Origin: Candidatus Scatomorpha sp.
Lineage (GTDB): Bacteria > Bacillota > Clostridia > Oscillospirales > Oscillospiraceae
NCBI GenBank assembly: GCA_040765295.1
Contig: JAXGSB010000001.1
Coordinates: forward strand, 144,528 to 168,527
Direction of reading: 5' to 3'
Length of the DNA: 24,000 nucleotides
The position numbers and the translations under genes were made by a program. Positions 15,616 to 24,000 of this stretch are shown in pieces. The notes below the pieces were generated by a model that worked only from the letters and a program-made list of their open reading frames with translations, was not told the DNA's origin and did not search any database. Positions within the stretch are counted from its first letter, which is position 1, and every line of letters starts with the position of its first letter.

Positions 15616-17664
15616 ATGCCAACACCCGGTGTTAAAATTGAAGAATTAAAGGGTATCGGCAAAAGCCGAGCCGCCTCTTTCCGCAAGCTTGGAGTGGAGA
15701 GACTCCGCGACCTGCTCGATTTTTTTCCGCGCGCCTACGAGGACAGAAGATTTGTGCAGAGGATTTCCTCGCTCCGCGACGGCGAGGCCGCCCTTATAAA
15801 GGCAACGGTTATAACGGAGCCTGCTCTCCAGCGTCTCGGCGGCGGCAAGACGAGACTGCATTTTTCCGTTTCCGATGAGAGCGGCAGGGCGGAGATAAGC
15901 TTTTTCAACGCTCCCTATATGGTGAACAAGATAATAAGAGGAACGGAACTTTACTTCTTCGGGAAACCGAAGCAGCTCGGCGCAAGATTTTTTTTCACAA
16001 ATCCCGACTTCGAGCAGGTCGGAGAGGATTCGGCAGAAATGCGCAAAATTCTTCCCATATACAGGCTCTCAAAGGGACTTACTCAGAAAATTGTTAGGAA
16101 GACGGCAGAAACCGCCATTATGGCGGCATCAGCATATATAAAGAGCTTCCTGCCCCCGAGCATAGTGGAGCGCGAGGGGCTCTGCTCTCTCCGCTTTGCC
16201 TATGAGAACATACATTTTCCCGCCGATGAAGAGGCGCTCTCCAGGGCGCGGCGCAGGCTGGTCTTCGACGAGCTTTTCTTATTTTCGGCCTGTATAAACT
16301 TTCTGCGCGCAAAAAGGGGCAGAGAAAAAGGACAAAAGCTTGAAAAAACAGATTTTTCCGAGTTTTTCGCATCTCTCCCCTTTGAGCCTACCGATTCTCA
16401 GAAACAGGCAATTGCAGACTGCGCCGAGGACCTGAGCTCCGGCAGCCTTATGACAAGACTGATTATAGGAGATGTCGGCTCGGGCAAAACTCTGGTTGCC
16501 GCCGCCGTCGCTCTGATGACGGCAAAAAACGGAGGACAGACAGCCTACATGGCGCCCACCGAGATATTGGCTCTCCAGCACTACGAGAGTATGAAAGGCT
16601 TTTTAGAGCCCTTCGGGATAAAAGTCGCGCTTCTTCGCGGCGGTATGCCGCTTAAGGAGAGGGCGGAGACGGAAGAAAGGATTAAAAAGGGTGAAGTTCA
16701 AGTTATCTGCGGCACTCACGCCCTGATCTCTGGGAGCACTCAGTATAAAAACCTGCTTTTAGCCATAACTGACGAACAGCACCGCTTCGGCGTTTCACAG
16801 CGCTCCGAGCTCTCCGAAAAGGGCGAGAGCGCGCATATTCTCGCCATGTCGGCAACTCCCATACCCCGAACGCTGGCGCTCACACTCTACGGCGACCTAG
16901 AGGTATCTTTCATGCGGGATATGCCCAAGGGCCGCCAAAAGATAGACACATTTGTCGTGGGCGAGAGCTACAGAGAGAGAATAAACAGGTTTATGGAAAA
17001 ACAGGTCGCACAGGGCAGGCAGGTCTATGTTGTCTGTCCCATGATAGAAGAGGGCGAGGAAGAGAGCGGGCTCATCTCCGCCGAGGAGCGAAGCGAAAAA
17101 CTCAAAAAACGCTTTCCCGAGCTTAAAGTCGGACTTCTGCACGGAAGACTTCCCTCTAAAGAGAAAGGGGAAACAATAAAAAGCTTCAGGCAGGGAGATA
17201 TCAACATACTTGTCTCCACCACGGTGATAGAGGTGGGAGTCGACAGCCCGAACGCCTCGCTCATAGTTGTCGAAAATGCCGAGCGCTTCGGCCTGAGTCA
17301 GCTCCATCAGCTCAGGGGCAGAGTCGGCAGAGGCCGGCACAAGAGCTACTGCATACTCATGTCAGCCGGAGACAACGGGGTGGCGGGAGAACGGCTAGAT
17401 GCCATGAGCAAAACAAACGACGGCTTTTTGATTGCCGAGGAAGATCTCAGGCTTCGCGGGCCGGGCGACTTTTTCGGCAAGAGACAGCACGGACTGCCCG
17501 AGATGCACATTGCCGACCTCGGCGCCGACATGGAAGTGTTAAAAAGAGTTGCCGACTACTCGGGAGAACTCTTCAGTAAAGATTCGGATTTGAAACTTCC
17601 CGAGCATCGGGATCTAAAGCTTAAAATTAAAGAAGTCTTTCAAGAGAGTTTGAGCCTGAGCTGA
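15616..17664 (+). CDS. recG: ATP-dependent DNA helicase RecG
   Basis: RLIIGDVGSGKTLVAAAVALM, MAPTEILALQHYE, ITDEQHRFGVSQR, MSATPIPRTLALTLYGDL, VSTTVIEVGVDSPNAS, QLRGRVGRG. Confidence 0.98.
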   Translation: MPTPGVKIEELKGIGKSRAASFRKLGVERLRDLLDFFPRAYEDRRFVQRISSLRDGEAALIKATVITEPALQRLGGGKTRLHFSVSDESGRAEISFFNAPYMVNKIIRGTELYFFGKPKQLGARFFFTNPDFEQVGEDSAEMRKILPIYRLSKGLTQKIVRKTAETAIMAASAYIKSFLPPSIVEREGLCSLRFAYENIHFPADEEALSRARRRLVFDELFLFSACINFLRAKRGREKGQKLEKTDFSEFFASLPFEPTDSQKQAIADCAEDLSSGSLMTRLIIGDVGSGKTLVAAAVALMTAKNGGQTAYMAPTEILALQHYESMKGFLEPFGIKVALLRGGMPLKERAETEERIKKGEVQVICGTHALISGSTQYKNLLLAITDEQHRFGVSQRSELSEKGESAHILAMSATPIPRTLALTLYGDLEVSFMRDMPKGRQKIDTFVVGESYRERINRFMEKQVAQGRQVYVVCPMIEEGEEESGLISAEERSEKLKKRFPELKVGLLHGRLPSKEKGETIKSFRQGDINILVSTTVIEVGVDSPNASLIVVENAERFGLSQLHQLRGRVGRGRHKSYCILMSAGDNGVAGERLDAMSKTNDGFLIAEEDLRLRGPGDFFGKRQHGLPEMHIADLGADMEVLKRVADYSGELFSKDSDLKLPEHRDLKLKIKEVFQESLSLS

Positions 17665-17679
17665 TTTTTGTTTTAACAC

Positions 17680-17708
17680 TTGTAAAAAGCGCCGCTCTGT
17701 GTTATAAA
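17680..17708 (+). promoter_or_regulatory. Putative promoter for the ACT-domain gene / hom / aspartate kinase run
   Basis: TTGTAA - 17 nt - TATAAA. Confidence 0.45.
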
Positions 17709-17771
17709 AGAGAAATAAAATACAAATGCACGCCTGTGGCGGACAAGAGCGGGTTTATTTTGGAGAGAAAT

Positions 17772-18221
17772 ATGAAGAAAAAAGAGGAGAAGCTTTCATA
17801 CTATCTGATAGAAGCCTCGGCGGTACCCAAAGTATATAAAAAAATAATCGAGACCAAGGAGCTTCTGGCGCGCGACCCCGACATATCCATTGCCGAGGCT
17901 GTGAGCAGGGTGGGCCTAAGCCGCTCGACATACTATAAATATAAAGACTCGATCTTCCGCTTTCGCGACATCGATACCAAGAGGCCGGTTACAATACACG
18001 CAAAGCTAGTCGACAGGAAGGGAGTACTATCGGGTCTTTTGCAGCTTGTGAGCGAGCTGGGCGCCAACATAATCACGATAAATCAAAGTATACCCACAGA
18101 CGGCATTGCGCTTCTCACGCTGTCCATCTCCACACAGAATTTGAGCGTGAGTATAGAGGAGCTTGTGGAGAAGGCCGCCGTCACAGACGGCATAAGCAGC
18201 TTCGAAATTTTACAGGGATAA
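17772..18221 (+). CDS. ACT domain-containing regulator (PheB/UPF0735-like)
   Basis: Helix-turn-helix-like ISIAEAVSRVGLSRSTYYKYKDSIF followed by an ACT-like domain VTIHAKLVDRKGVLSGLLQLVSELGANIITINQSIPTDG; directly upstream of hom. Confidence 0.85.
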   Translation: MKKKEEKLSYYLIEASAVPKVYKKIIETKELLARDPDISIAEAVSRVGLSRSTYYKYKDSIFRFRDIDTKRPVTIHAKLVDRKGVLSGLLQLVSELGANIITINQSIPTDGIALLTLSISTQNLSVSIEELVEKAAVTDGISSFEILQG

Positions 18222-18233
18222 GGAGCCGATTTT

Positions 18234-19442
18234 TTGAAGATAGCAATTTTAGGTGTGGGAGTAGTCGGCGGAGGCACCGCCGAAGTGCTCGTAAAAAATA
18301 AAGAGAGAATAGCGAGGTCGGCGGGCGAAGAGATAGAAATTAAGCATATCCTCTGCCGCAGACCAAGACCCTCTCACCCATTCGCGAGAGTTTTAACTCA
18401 AGATTTTGAGGAAATTTTAAAAGATGAGAGCGTCGGGATTGTGGCCGAATGTATGGGAGGCCTGGAGCCGGCATATTCTTATGTAAAAAGCGCTCTTGCG
18501 GCAGGCAAGTCCGTTGTGACTTCCAACAAGGAGCTTGTGAGCGAGAGGGGACGCGAACTCTGCGCTCTTGCCAGAGAGAAGTGTGTGCACTTTAAATTCG
18601 AAGCAGCTGTCGGCGGAGGTATACCGGTTATAAGGCCGATAAACAAGTGCCTGGCGGCCAACGAAATTTCTCAGATTTCGGGAATACTCAACGGCACGAC
18701 AAATTATATTCTCACCGAGATGATAAACTTCGGTAAAAGCTTCGGGGCCGCGCTTAAAGAGGCTCAGGAAAAGGGCTATGCCGAGAGCGATCCGACCGCC
18801 GATGTCGAGGGTATCGACGCCGCGAGAAAGATATCCATACTGGCCGATCTCTGCTTTAACAAAGAGGTTCTGCCCAAGTATGTGAGGACAGAGGGAATAA
18901 GCAAGATAAGCCCCGAGGACATAGATTACGCCAGAGCGGCCGGTTACAGGGTTAAGCTCATTGCCCGGGCCATGCGCACGGGAGCAAACTCGGTTACGGC
19001 CTTTGTCGAGCCTCAGCTTGTGGCCAAGACACATCCGCTTGCCAGCATAAACGGCGTGCAAAACGCTGTTTTAATCAGAGGCGACGCTGTGGGCGAGGTG
19101 CTCTTGGCAGGCCCCGGAGCCGGCGCATACCCGACCGCCTCGGCCGTTGTGGCGGATATAATAGACGCCGTTGCCGAGCCGAACCCAAAGATATTCCTCG
19201 GCTGGTGGCCCTCGGAACCGGGTTATGCCGCCGATGCCGATGAGCTTAGCTCAAAGTTTTTAATCAGGGTGGGGCCGAGACTCAAGGAGATAGGCGAAAA
19301 CTTCTCGAACATTCGCTTTATAAATAAAAGCGGAGCCAAAACGGATGAATACGCCTTTATAACGGGCTATACCACAAAGAAGGAAATCATGGAAAAGGCC
19401 GAAGCCATAGAGCTGCGCGCCATATACAGATTATTTGAATGA
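18234..19442 (+). CDS. hom: Homoserine dehydrogenase
   Basis: AILGVGVVGGGTAEVL, TSNKELVSERG, FEAAVGGGIPVIRPI, ISGILNGTTNYILTEM, C-terminal ACT region; TTG start after AGGAG. Confidence 0.95.
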   Translation: MKIAILGVGVVGGGTAEVLVKNKERIARSAGEEIEIKHILCRRPRPSHPFARVLTQDFEEILKDESVGIVAECMGGLEPAYSYVKSALAAGKSVVTSNKELVSERGRELCALAREKCVHFKFEAAVGGGIPVIRPINKCLAANEISQISGILNGTTNYILTEMINFGKSFGAALKEAQEKGYAESDPTADVEGIDAARKISILADLCFNKEVLPKYVRTEGISKISPEDIDYARAAGYRVKLIARAMRTGANSVTAFVEPQLVAKTHPLASINGVQNAVLIRGDAVGEVLLAGPGAGAYPTASAVVADIIDAVAEPNPKIFLGWWPSEPGYAADADELSSKFLIRVGPRLKEIGENFSNIRFINKSGAKTDEYAFITGYTTKKEIMEKAEAIELRAIYRLFE

Positions 19443-19455
19443 CAGGTGAACGGCA

Positions 19456-20664
19456 ATGCTGACAGTGATGAAATTCGGCGGCAGCTCGGTAGCCAATGCC
19501 GAAAAGATAAGGCACGCAGCCTCGATAATAGAAAAGGCATATAATAAGGGAGAATCTCTTGTTGTAGTCCTCTCGGCTCAGGGCAAGACGACCGATATGC
19601 TCAAAGAAAAGGCGCTCGAGCTGAATAAGAGACCCTCGAAGAGAGAGATCGACATGCTCTTATCCACGGGCGAGCAGCAGTCCGTGGCTCTCATGGCAAT
19701 CTGCCTCGGGAGCATGGGACTTCCCGCCGTTTCGCTCAATGCAGCGCAGGTGGGTATCGAGACCGATACCGCTCATGGACAGGCGAGAATCCTGAGGATA
19801 GACAGAGAGAGAATAAGAGCCGAGCTCGACAATCGTCGTATAGTTATTGTAACGGGATTTCAGGGAATCGACAGAAACGATGACATCACCACGCTGGGGC
19901 GCGGCGGCTCCGACACCACGGCGGTATCTTTAGCGGCGGTCCTGCACGCAGATACCTGTAAAATCTTTACCGATGTCGAGGGAGTTTTCACAGCAGATCC
20001 GAGAATTGTGGAAAAGCCCATAAAACTCAGGGAAATAGGCTACGATGAGATGCTCGAGCTCTCGTCGTTGGGCACGCAGGTACTCATGAAGCGTTCGGTT
20101 GAGATGGCCAAGCGCTACGATGTACAGCTCGAGGTTCTTTCAGCCGAGGGCAACAAACCCGGCACAATAGTAAGGGAGGTCAAGAGAAGAATGGAAGAAA
20201 TGAAAATCAGCGGAATCGCAAAAGACAACAATGTTGCCAGAATAGCGGTTGTGGGGGTGCCCGACGAGCCGGGCATAGCCTTCAGAGTGTTCAATGCAAT
20301 GGCGAGAGCCGGCATAAATGTCGATATCATACTTCAGTCCTACGGCAAGGACAACACAAACGACATTAGCTTCACGGTTGCCATAGAGGATTCCGAACCT
20401 GCGGCCGAAGCGCTTAGTGAGCTTCAGGATTCCATCGGCTTCGACCACCTTAGTGTCGATACCAATGTCAGCAAGGTAAGCATAGTGGGCGCCGGCATGA
20501 TGTCGGCTGCGGGCATAGCGGCGCTGATGTTCGAGGCGCTCTACGACGCCAAGATAAATATACAGATGATATCCACCTCCGAGATAAAGGTGTCTGTCCT
20601 CATCGACAGAGCGTACGCCGACATGGCGGTTCAGGCCATACACAGCAAATTTTTCGGGGCATGA
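19456..20664 (+). CDS. lysC: Aspartate kinase
   Basis: VMKFGGSSVANAEKIRHAA, TLGRGGSDTTAVSLAAVLHAD, CKIFTDVEGVFTADPRIV, two ACT repeats in the C-terminus. Confidence 0.95.
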   Translation: MLTVMKFGGSSVANAEKIRHAASIIEKAYNKGESLVVVLSAQGKTTDMLKEKALELNKRPSKREIDMLLSTGEQQSVALMAICLGSMGLPAVSLNAAQVGIETDTAHGQARILRIDRERIRAELDNRRIVIVTGFQGIDRNDDITTLGRGGSDTTAVSLAAVLHADTCKIFTDVEGVFTADPRIVEKPIKLREIGYDEMLELSSLGTQVLMKRSVEMAKRYDVQLEVLSAEGNKPGTIVREVKRRMEEMKISGIAKDNNVARIAVVGVPDEPGIAFRVFNAMARAGINVDIILQSYGKDNTNDISFTVAIEDSEPAAEALSELQDSIGFDHLSVDTNVSKVSIVGAGMMSAAGIAALMFEALYDAKINIQMISTSEIKVSVLIDRAYADMAVQAIHSKFFGA

Positions 20665-20687
20665 GATAAAGACAAAAAGATTAAATC

Positions 20688-20709
20688 AGGGCGGCTTAAA
20701 AGCCGCCCT
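20688..20709 (+). terminator. Terminator-like hairpin after aspartate kinase
   Basis: AGGGCGGCTT-AA-AAGCCGCCCT; weak T-tract. Confidence 0.55.
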
Positions 20710-20721
20710 AAATTTGTTTGA

Positions 20722-20905
20722 TTAATGGAACATCTGACAGGCATGCAAATCTGGAATATAAGTACGGGAACAGACGCTTCTGGCATAGAGGTTGCTGTGT
20801 AGATACAGCCTAGGAGAATAAAAAAGATAGTTGAGTATGTCTGCAAGCGATTACAAAGCGATACAGCAGCAGATGTTATATCGCTGTATTCTGGCGTCTT
20901 CGTGA
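20722..20905 (+). pseudogene. Degraded IS200-type tnpA remnant (C-terminal portion, in-frame stop and frameshift)
   Basis: Translation SDRHANLEYKYGNRRFWHRGCCVDTA*, then in another frame PRRIKKIVEYVCKRLQSDTAADVISLYSGVF. It matches the intact TnpA (FDRHANLKYKYGNRHFWCRGYYVDTVGKNAKRIEEYIQRQIQEDQVNDQISLKEYIDPF). Confidence 0.88.
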
Positions 20906-21269
20906 AGGTATGCTTCCAGCTTCAAAGTTTTGGTCTATAAGATATTCGGGAAACTTTTTTGAAATATTGATTCTTGCCACAAGCGGGATAAATAAAATGT
21001 TTGCAAAGCCTTTAAATTTTTGCAGTATATTTCTCCTGCGCTCTGTTTCATAGCCTCGGCAGTCGTCTTTTATCTCGTATCTCGATAAGCAGGTCTTGTT
21101 TGTGCTATCTCTTTAAAAGCTTCCTCTCAACCGTTGCCACCGAAAGGAAATTAATTTCAAGTAAGCTTGTTTCATCTGCGCAGTTAGCCCAAACTAACGA
21201 AGATATTATAATATTTTTATAAGAATAAAACAGAGCATGCAACTAAAAAACTAGGATTTTCTGATTCTT

Positions 21270-21297
21270 CTTTCTATTAGAGAAATCTAATAGAAAG
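21270..21297. repeat. 12-bp perfect inverted repeat with GAAA loop
   Basis: CTTTCTATTAGA-GAAA-TCTAATAGAAAG. Confidence 0.85.
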
Positions 21298-21330
21298 TAA
21301 GCGAACAAGCGCTTGACAAAGAAGGGAAAA

Positions 21331-21356
21331 AGAGTTAGCATAGGCTAACTCTTTTT
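21331..21356 (+). terminator. Terminator or attenuator upstream of the ABC cluster
   Basis: AGAGTTAGC-ATAG-GCTAACTCT followed by TTTT; A-rich 5' side makes it potentially bidirectional. Confidence 0.7.
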
Positions 21357-21425
21357 GCTTGTTTCTTCGCACCCATCGATTTCCAATCCAAAGTAAAAGG
21401 ATACTGTACTAAGGGAGAATGAATA

Positions 21426-22202
21426 TTGCTTAAGGTTAAAAAACTCAATTTTGCATATGGAAAACGTCGAGTTTTAAAAGATGTAGACTTTTCAGTTGGG
21501 CAAGCAAGCATAGTTTCTTTAATCGGGCCCAACGGGTCGGGCAAGTCTACCCTCTTGCGTTGTCTCAGCGGATTATTGCCGGTAAAAGAAAAAACAGTTT
21601 TTTTGTTCGGACGAGCAATCGAAAGCCTCGGCATCAAGGAAAAGGCCAAGCTTATCTCTTATCTTCCTCAAAATCAGGAAAGGCTGCAGGGTGTCAATGT
21701 GCACGAATTGGTCTCGATGGGCAGGGCGCCTTACCACAAAACGGGATGGGTAAATACGGATGGAGACCTTGAAAAAATCAACTGGGCAATTGAATATATG
21801 CAGCTTGGATCCATGGTTCACAGGCCTGTGGAAAAGCTCTCCGGCGGCGAAAAACAAAGAGCGTGGATTGCCATGGTTCTCGCGCAGGACACTCCGATTA
21901 TTCTTATGGACGAACCCACCACTTACATGGATTTAAAACATCAATACGAACTTTTAAAAATGTTAAAAGACTTTAAAGAATCTTTTAACAAGACGATTAT
22001 TGCTGTTTTTCACGATATGAACCATGCGATTAGGGTATCAGATCAGGTTTATCTGCTGGACGAGGGACATATTTCCCGATCTGGGGCAAGCGAGCATGTA
22101 ATAACGGAAGAAACTGTGAGGGAAGTCTATAATGTGCCTGTTCATATCTGCAAGTTTAGAAAATGCTGTCATAAAGTTGTAGTCCCCGCAGAAGAAAGAT
22201 AA
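21426..22202 (+). CDS. FecE/FhuC-like ABC transporter ATP-binding protein
   Basis: LIGPNGSGKSTLLRCLSGLLPV, SYLPQNQ, LSGGEKQRAWIAMVLAQDTPIILMDEPTTYMDLKHQ, FHDMNHAIR; TTG start with GGGAG upstream. Confidence 0.92.
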   Translation: MLKVKKLNFAYGKRRVLKDVDFSVGQASIVSLIGPNGSGKSTLLRCLSGLLPVKEKTVFLFGRAIESLGIKEKAKLISYLPQNQERLQGVNVHELVSMGRAPYHKTGWVNTDGDLEKINWAIEYMQLGSMVHRPVEKLSGGEKQRAWIAMVLAQDTPIILMDEPTTYMDLKHQYELLKMLKDFKESFNKTIIAVFHDMNHAIRVSDQVYLLDEGHISRSGASEHVITEETVREVYNVPVHICKFRKCCHKVVVPAEER

Positions 22203-22269
22203 GCTTAATTTTTTATTTAACGAAGTAGTTAGCAGAAAAGTCAAAAATATAAAAAAATTTAGAAAGGAG

Positions 22270-23193
22270 GTGGCTTGCTTGATTCGTTTTATGTTGCATA
22301 CGCCGGTCAATGTTCGTGGCCGAATGCTTGATTATCTAAAAGCAAGTCTCAAAGACTTAGAAAGAGAGATAGGGGATGAGATTCAATTATTCACTCCCCA
22401 CGATCCGCAGTACTCATCGGATTGCACTGAAGAATGGCTGCCGGCATCTATTGAAAGGGGCATTATGCCCGACATAATTATAACTCATGCGACAGAATTT
22501 GCATCTTTAAAAAGAGAGCAGAGGATAGAGTTGTTCTCCAGCTTGCCGGGGCAATATGAGGAGCTCAAGCCTATAAGAAAAGAATTGAGCAAACTTAAGG
22601 ATTCTTTGGGCATTTTTTATCCGATTTCGGTAACGCCCTTGGCGATGATCTACAACGCTGAAAATGTAAAAGAGGAGGAACTTAAACACTCGTGGGCGGA
22701 CCTGTTTAACGAAAAGTTCAAGGTAATTTTTCCGGAAAGAAACAAGCCCTTGTGCAGGGCGGCCGGAGGATTTTTAAAGGCAAACTTCCCCGAAGAATTC
22801 CCCGAATTCGAAGAAAGAGTAACCTACAGCGGCACGCCCGCAAATATGACCAGGCTTATAGCTTCCGGTGAATACGACATGGGCATGACTCTTTTGCCCT
22901 TTGCCGGAATAGGGCAACAAGGCAGGCTGAAGATAAATAAAACCAAAGAAGGCTACATTCCCCTTCCCCAAACAATTGTTTGGAAAAAAGGAGCGAGCAA
23001 GAGTTTAATGACCTTTGCAGACATATTCAGGGGACGAGATATGCAGTCTTATTTGGCAGAGCAAGACACATGGACAGTAAGAGAAGATATGCCGATACGC
23101 GCAAGCGACCAAGACATGAAACAGGTTTTGGAATGGAAAGGCTGGGACTTTTATCTGGATGCTGTGGACGAGTTCGATAAATATTCCGTTTAA
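22270..23193 (+). CDS. ABC substrate-binding-like protein (FbpA/PBP2-like) without an evident signal peptide
   Basis: PISVTPLAMIYNAENV, SWADLFNEKFKVIFPE, TRLIASGEYDMGMTLLPFA resemble type-2 solute-binding proteins. True start may be the internal MLHTPVNVRGRM. Confidence 0.6.
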   Translation: MACLIRFMLHTPVNVRGRMLDYLKASLKDLEREIGDEIQLFTPHDPQYSSDCTEEWLPASIERGIMPDIIITHATEFASLKREQRIELFSSLPGQYEELKPIRKELSKLKDSLGIFYPISVTPLAMIYNAENVKEEELKHSWADLFNEKFKVIFPERNKPLCRAAGGFLKANFPEEFPEFEERVTYSGTPANMTRLIASGEYDMGMTLLPFAGIGQQGRLKINKTKEGYIPLPQTIVWKKGASKSLMTFADIFRGRDMQSYLAEQDTWTVREDMPIRASDQDMKQVLEWKGWDFYLDAVDEFDKYSV

Positions 23194-23211
23194 ATCTGAG
23201 AGGAGTTAAAG

Positions 23212-23832
23212 ATGCTTAAATCTAATGCGAACTATGCGCAGTTACAGCCCATGTATCCGCTTCTGATTCAACAATTTGTAGATGATTACAACTTGATGGA
23301 CGGCATAGCGATGGACATTGGCGCAGGACCCGGGTGGCTGGGTATGGAGCTTGCGAAAATTACAAATATGAAAATTGTTTTTCTGGATATCAGTCAAGAC
23401 GCTCTAGACACTGCCAAAAAGAACTTCGAGATGTTGGATGTAGACAACGAAGCTGACTATATAAAAGCCGATATACACAATCTGCCCCTTGAAAGTGAAA
23501 TTGCCGACTTTGTTATGAGCAGAGGCTCAATTTGGTTTTGGGAGGAGCCTCAAAAAGGCCTAAAAGAAATTGAACGCATCTTAAAGCCCGGCGGCACTGC
23601 GATAGTCGGAGGAGGTTTGGGAAGGTATATTCCCGAAAGCATGAGAACCAGGCTGCAGGGCTGTATCAGACAGGGACTGAAAGAAAGAATGGAAACAAGA
23701 CCCAACTTGGAAGAATTTAGAGCTATGGTAGAAAAAGCGGGTTTGGATAACTATAGGATTTTGCCTGACAGTGAAGGCGGAGGACGCTGGGTTGAAATAA
23801 AGAAACGAAAAAGTGAAGAATCGAAAATGTAA
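23212..23832 (+). CDS. Class I SAM-dependent methyltransferase
   Basis: GIAMDIGAGPGWLGMELAK motif I, MKIVFLDISQDALDTAKKN, ADIHNLPLESEIADFVMSRGSIWFW, ILKPGGTAIVGGG. Confidence 0.92.
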   Translation: MLKSNANYAQLQPMYPLLIQQFVDDYNLMDGIAMDIGAGPGWLGMELAKITNMKIVFLDISQDALDTAKKNFEMLDVDNEADYIKADIHNLPLESEIADFVMSRGSIWFWEEPQKGLKEIERILKPGGTAIVGGGLGRYIPESMRTRLQGCIRQGLKERMETRPNLEEFRAMVEKAGLDNYRILPDSEGGGRWVEIKKRKSEESKM

Positions 23833-23878
23833 AGAGCAAGCGGAAGCTTTAGATAAAACTTAGAAAGGAAGGGAAAAT

Positions 23879-24000
23879 ATGAAAAATAAAAGATTTTTTG
23901 CGCTTGCAATGAGCGTATTGCTTTTGCTGGGCATGCTGAGCGGATGCGGAGAAAATAAAGGAAGCTCTCCGCTGCCTCAGGAAACGCAGCAGGCAGAAGC
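23879..24000 (+). CDS. N-terminus of a lipoprotein, probably the transporter's solute-binding protein; truncated at the window end
   Basis: MKNKRFFALAMSVLLLLGMLSGCGENKGSSPLPQETQQAEA: lipobox LSGCG; GGAAGGG RBS. Confidence 0.75.
   Translation, partial: MKNKRFFALAMSVLLLLGMLSGCGENKGSSPLPQETQQAE

Noticed and set aside
18417-19061. Minus-strand 214-aa ORF inside hom
   Set aside because: Shadow ORF antisense to clear homoserine dehydrogenase coding sequence; no recognised motifs or RBS/promoter support.
20140-20643. Minus-strand 167-aa ORF inside the aspartate kinase gene
   Set aside because: Antisense shadow of the ACT-domain coding region.
20631-20846. Minus-strand 71-aa ORF at the lysC end
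   Set aside because: Spans the aspartate kinase terminator and the antisense of the IS200 tnpA remnant.
21335-21649. Minus-strand 104-aa ORF with FTGNNPLRQRKRVDLPDPLGPIKET
   Set aside because: This is the antisense of the ABC ATPase Walker A region (GPNGSGKSTLL), a well-known spurious ORF pattern; the plus-strand ATPase fully explains it.

Overview
The window reads as low-GC Gram-positive (Clostridia-like) chromosome, assigned by protein motifs and gene order only. From left to right: a 5'-truncated polysaccharide-type ABC ATPase; a TlpA-like lipoprotein overlapping an EEP-family gene; a helical hypothetical; and a minus-strand accessory block (macro-domain fusion, VWA protein, 91-aa protein, EcsC-like/SHOCT protein). 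Next come a GNAT gene, infC-rpmI-rplT with a structured leader, and the core block hprK-murB-rapZ-yvcK-whiA. An intact IS200/IS605-type tnpA lies between whiA and an ireB-like gene. It is followed by tRNA-Arg(CCG), apbE, recG, an ACT-domain regulator, hom and a lysC-type aspartate kinase. An undetected, frameshifted IS200 tnpA remnant follows, and then a metal/siderophore-type ABC cluster (FecE-like ATPase, signal-less FbpA-like binding protein, methyltransferase, start of a lipoprotein). The most notable observations are: (1) the apical loop of the IS200 RBS-sequestering hairpin is perfectly complementary over 12 nt to a site downstream of tnpA; (2) short hairpins with TTTA/TTAA loops recur around that tnpA; (3) the macro/VWA/EcsC-SHOCT module has an RBS-occluding hairpin before the VWA gene; (4) the unannotated IS200 remnant; (5) the infC leader with attenuator and non-ATG start. 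I cannot show that any is a truly undescribed system without database searches.
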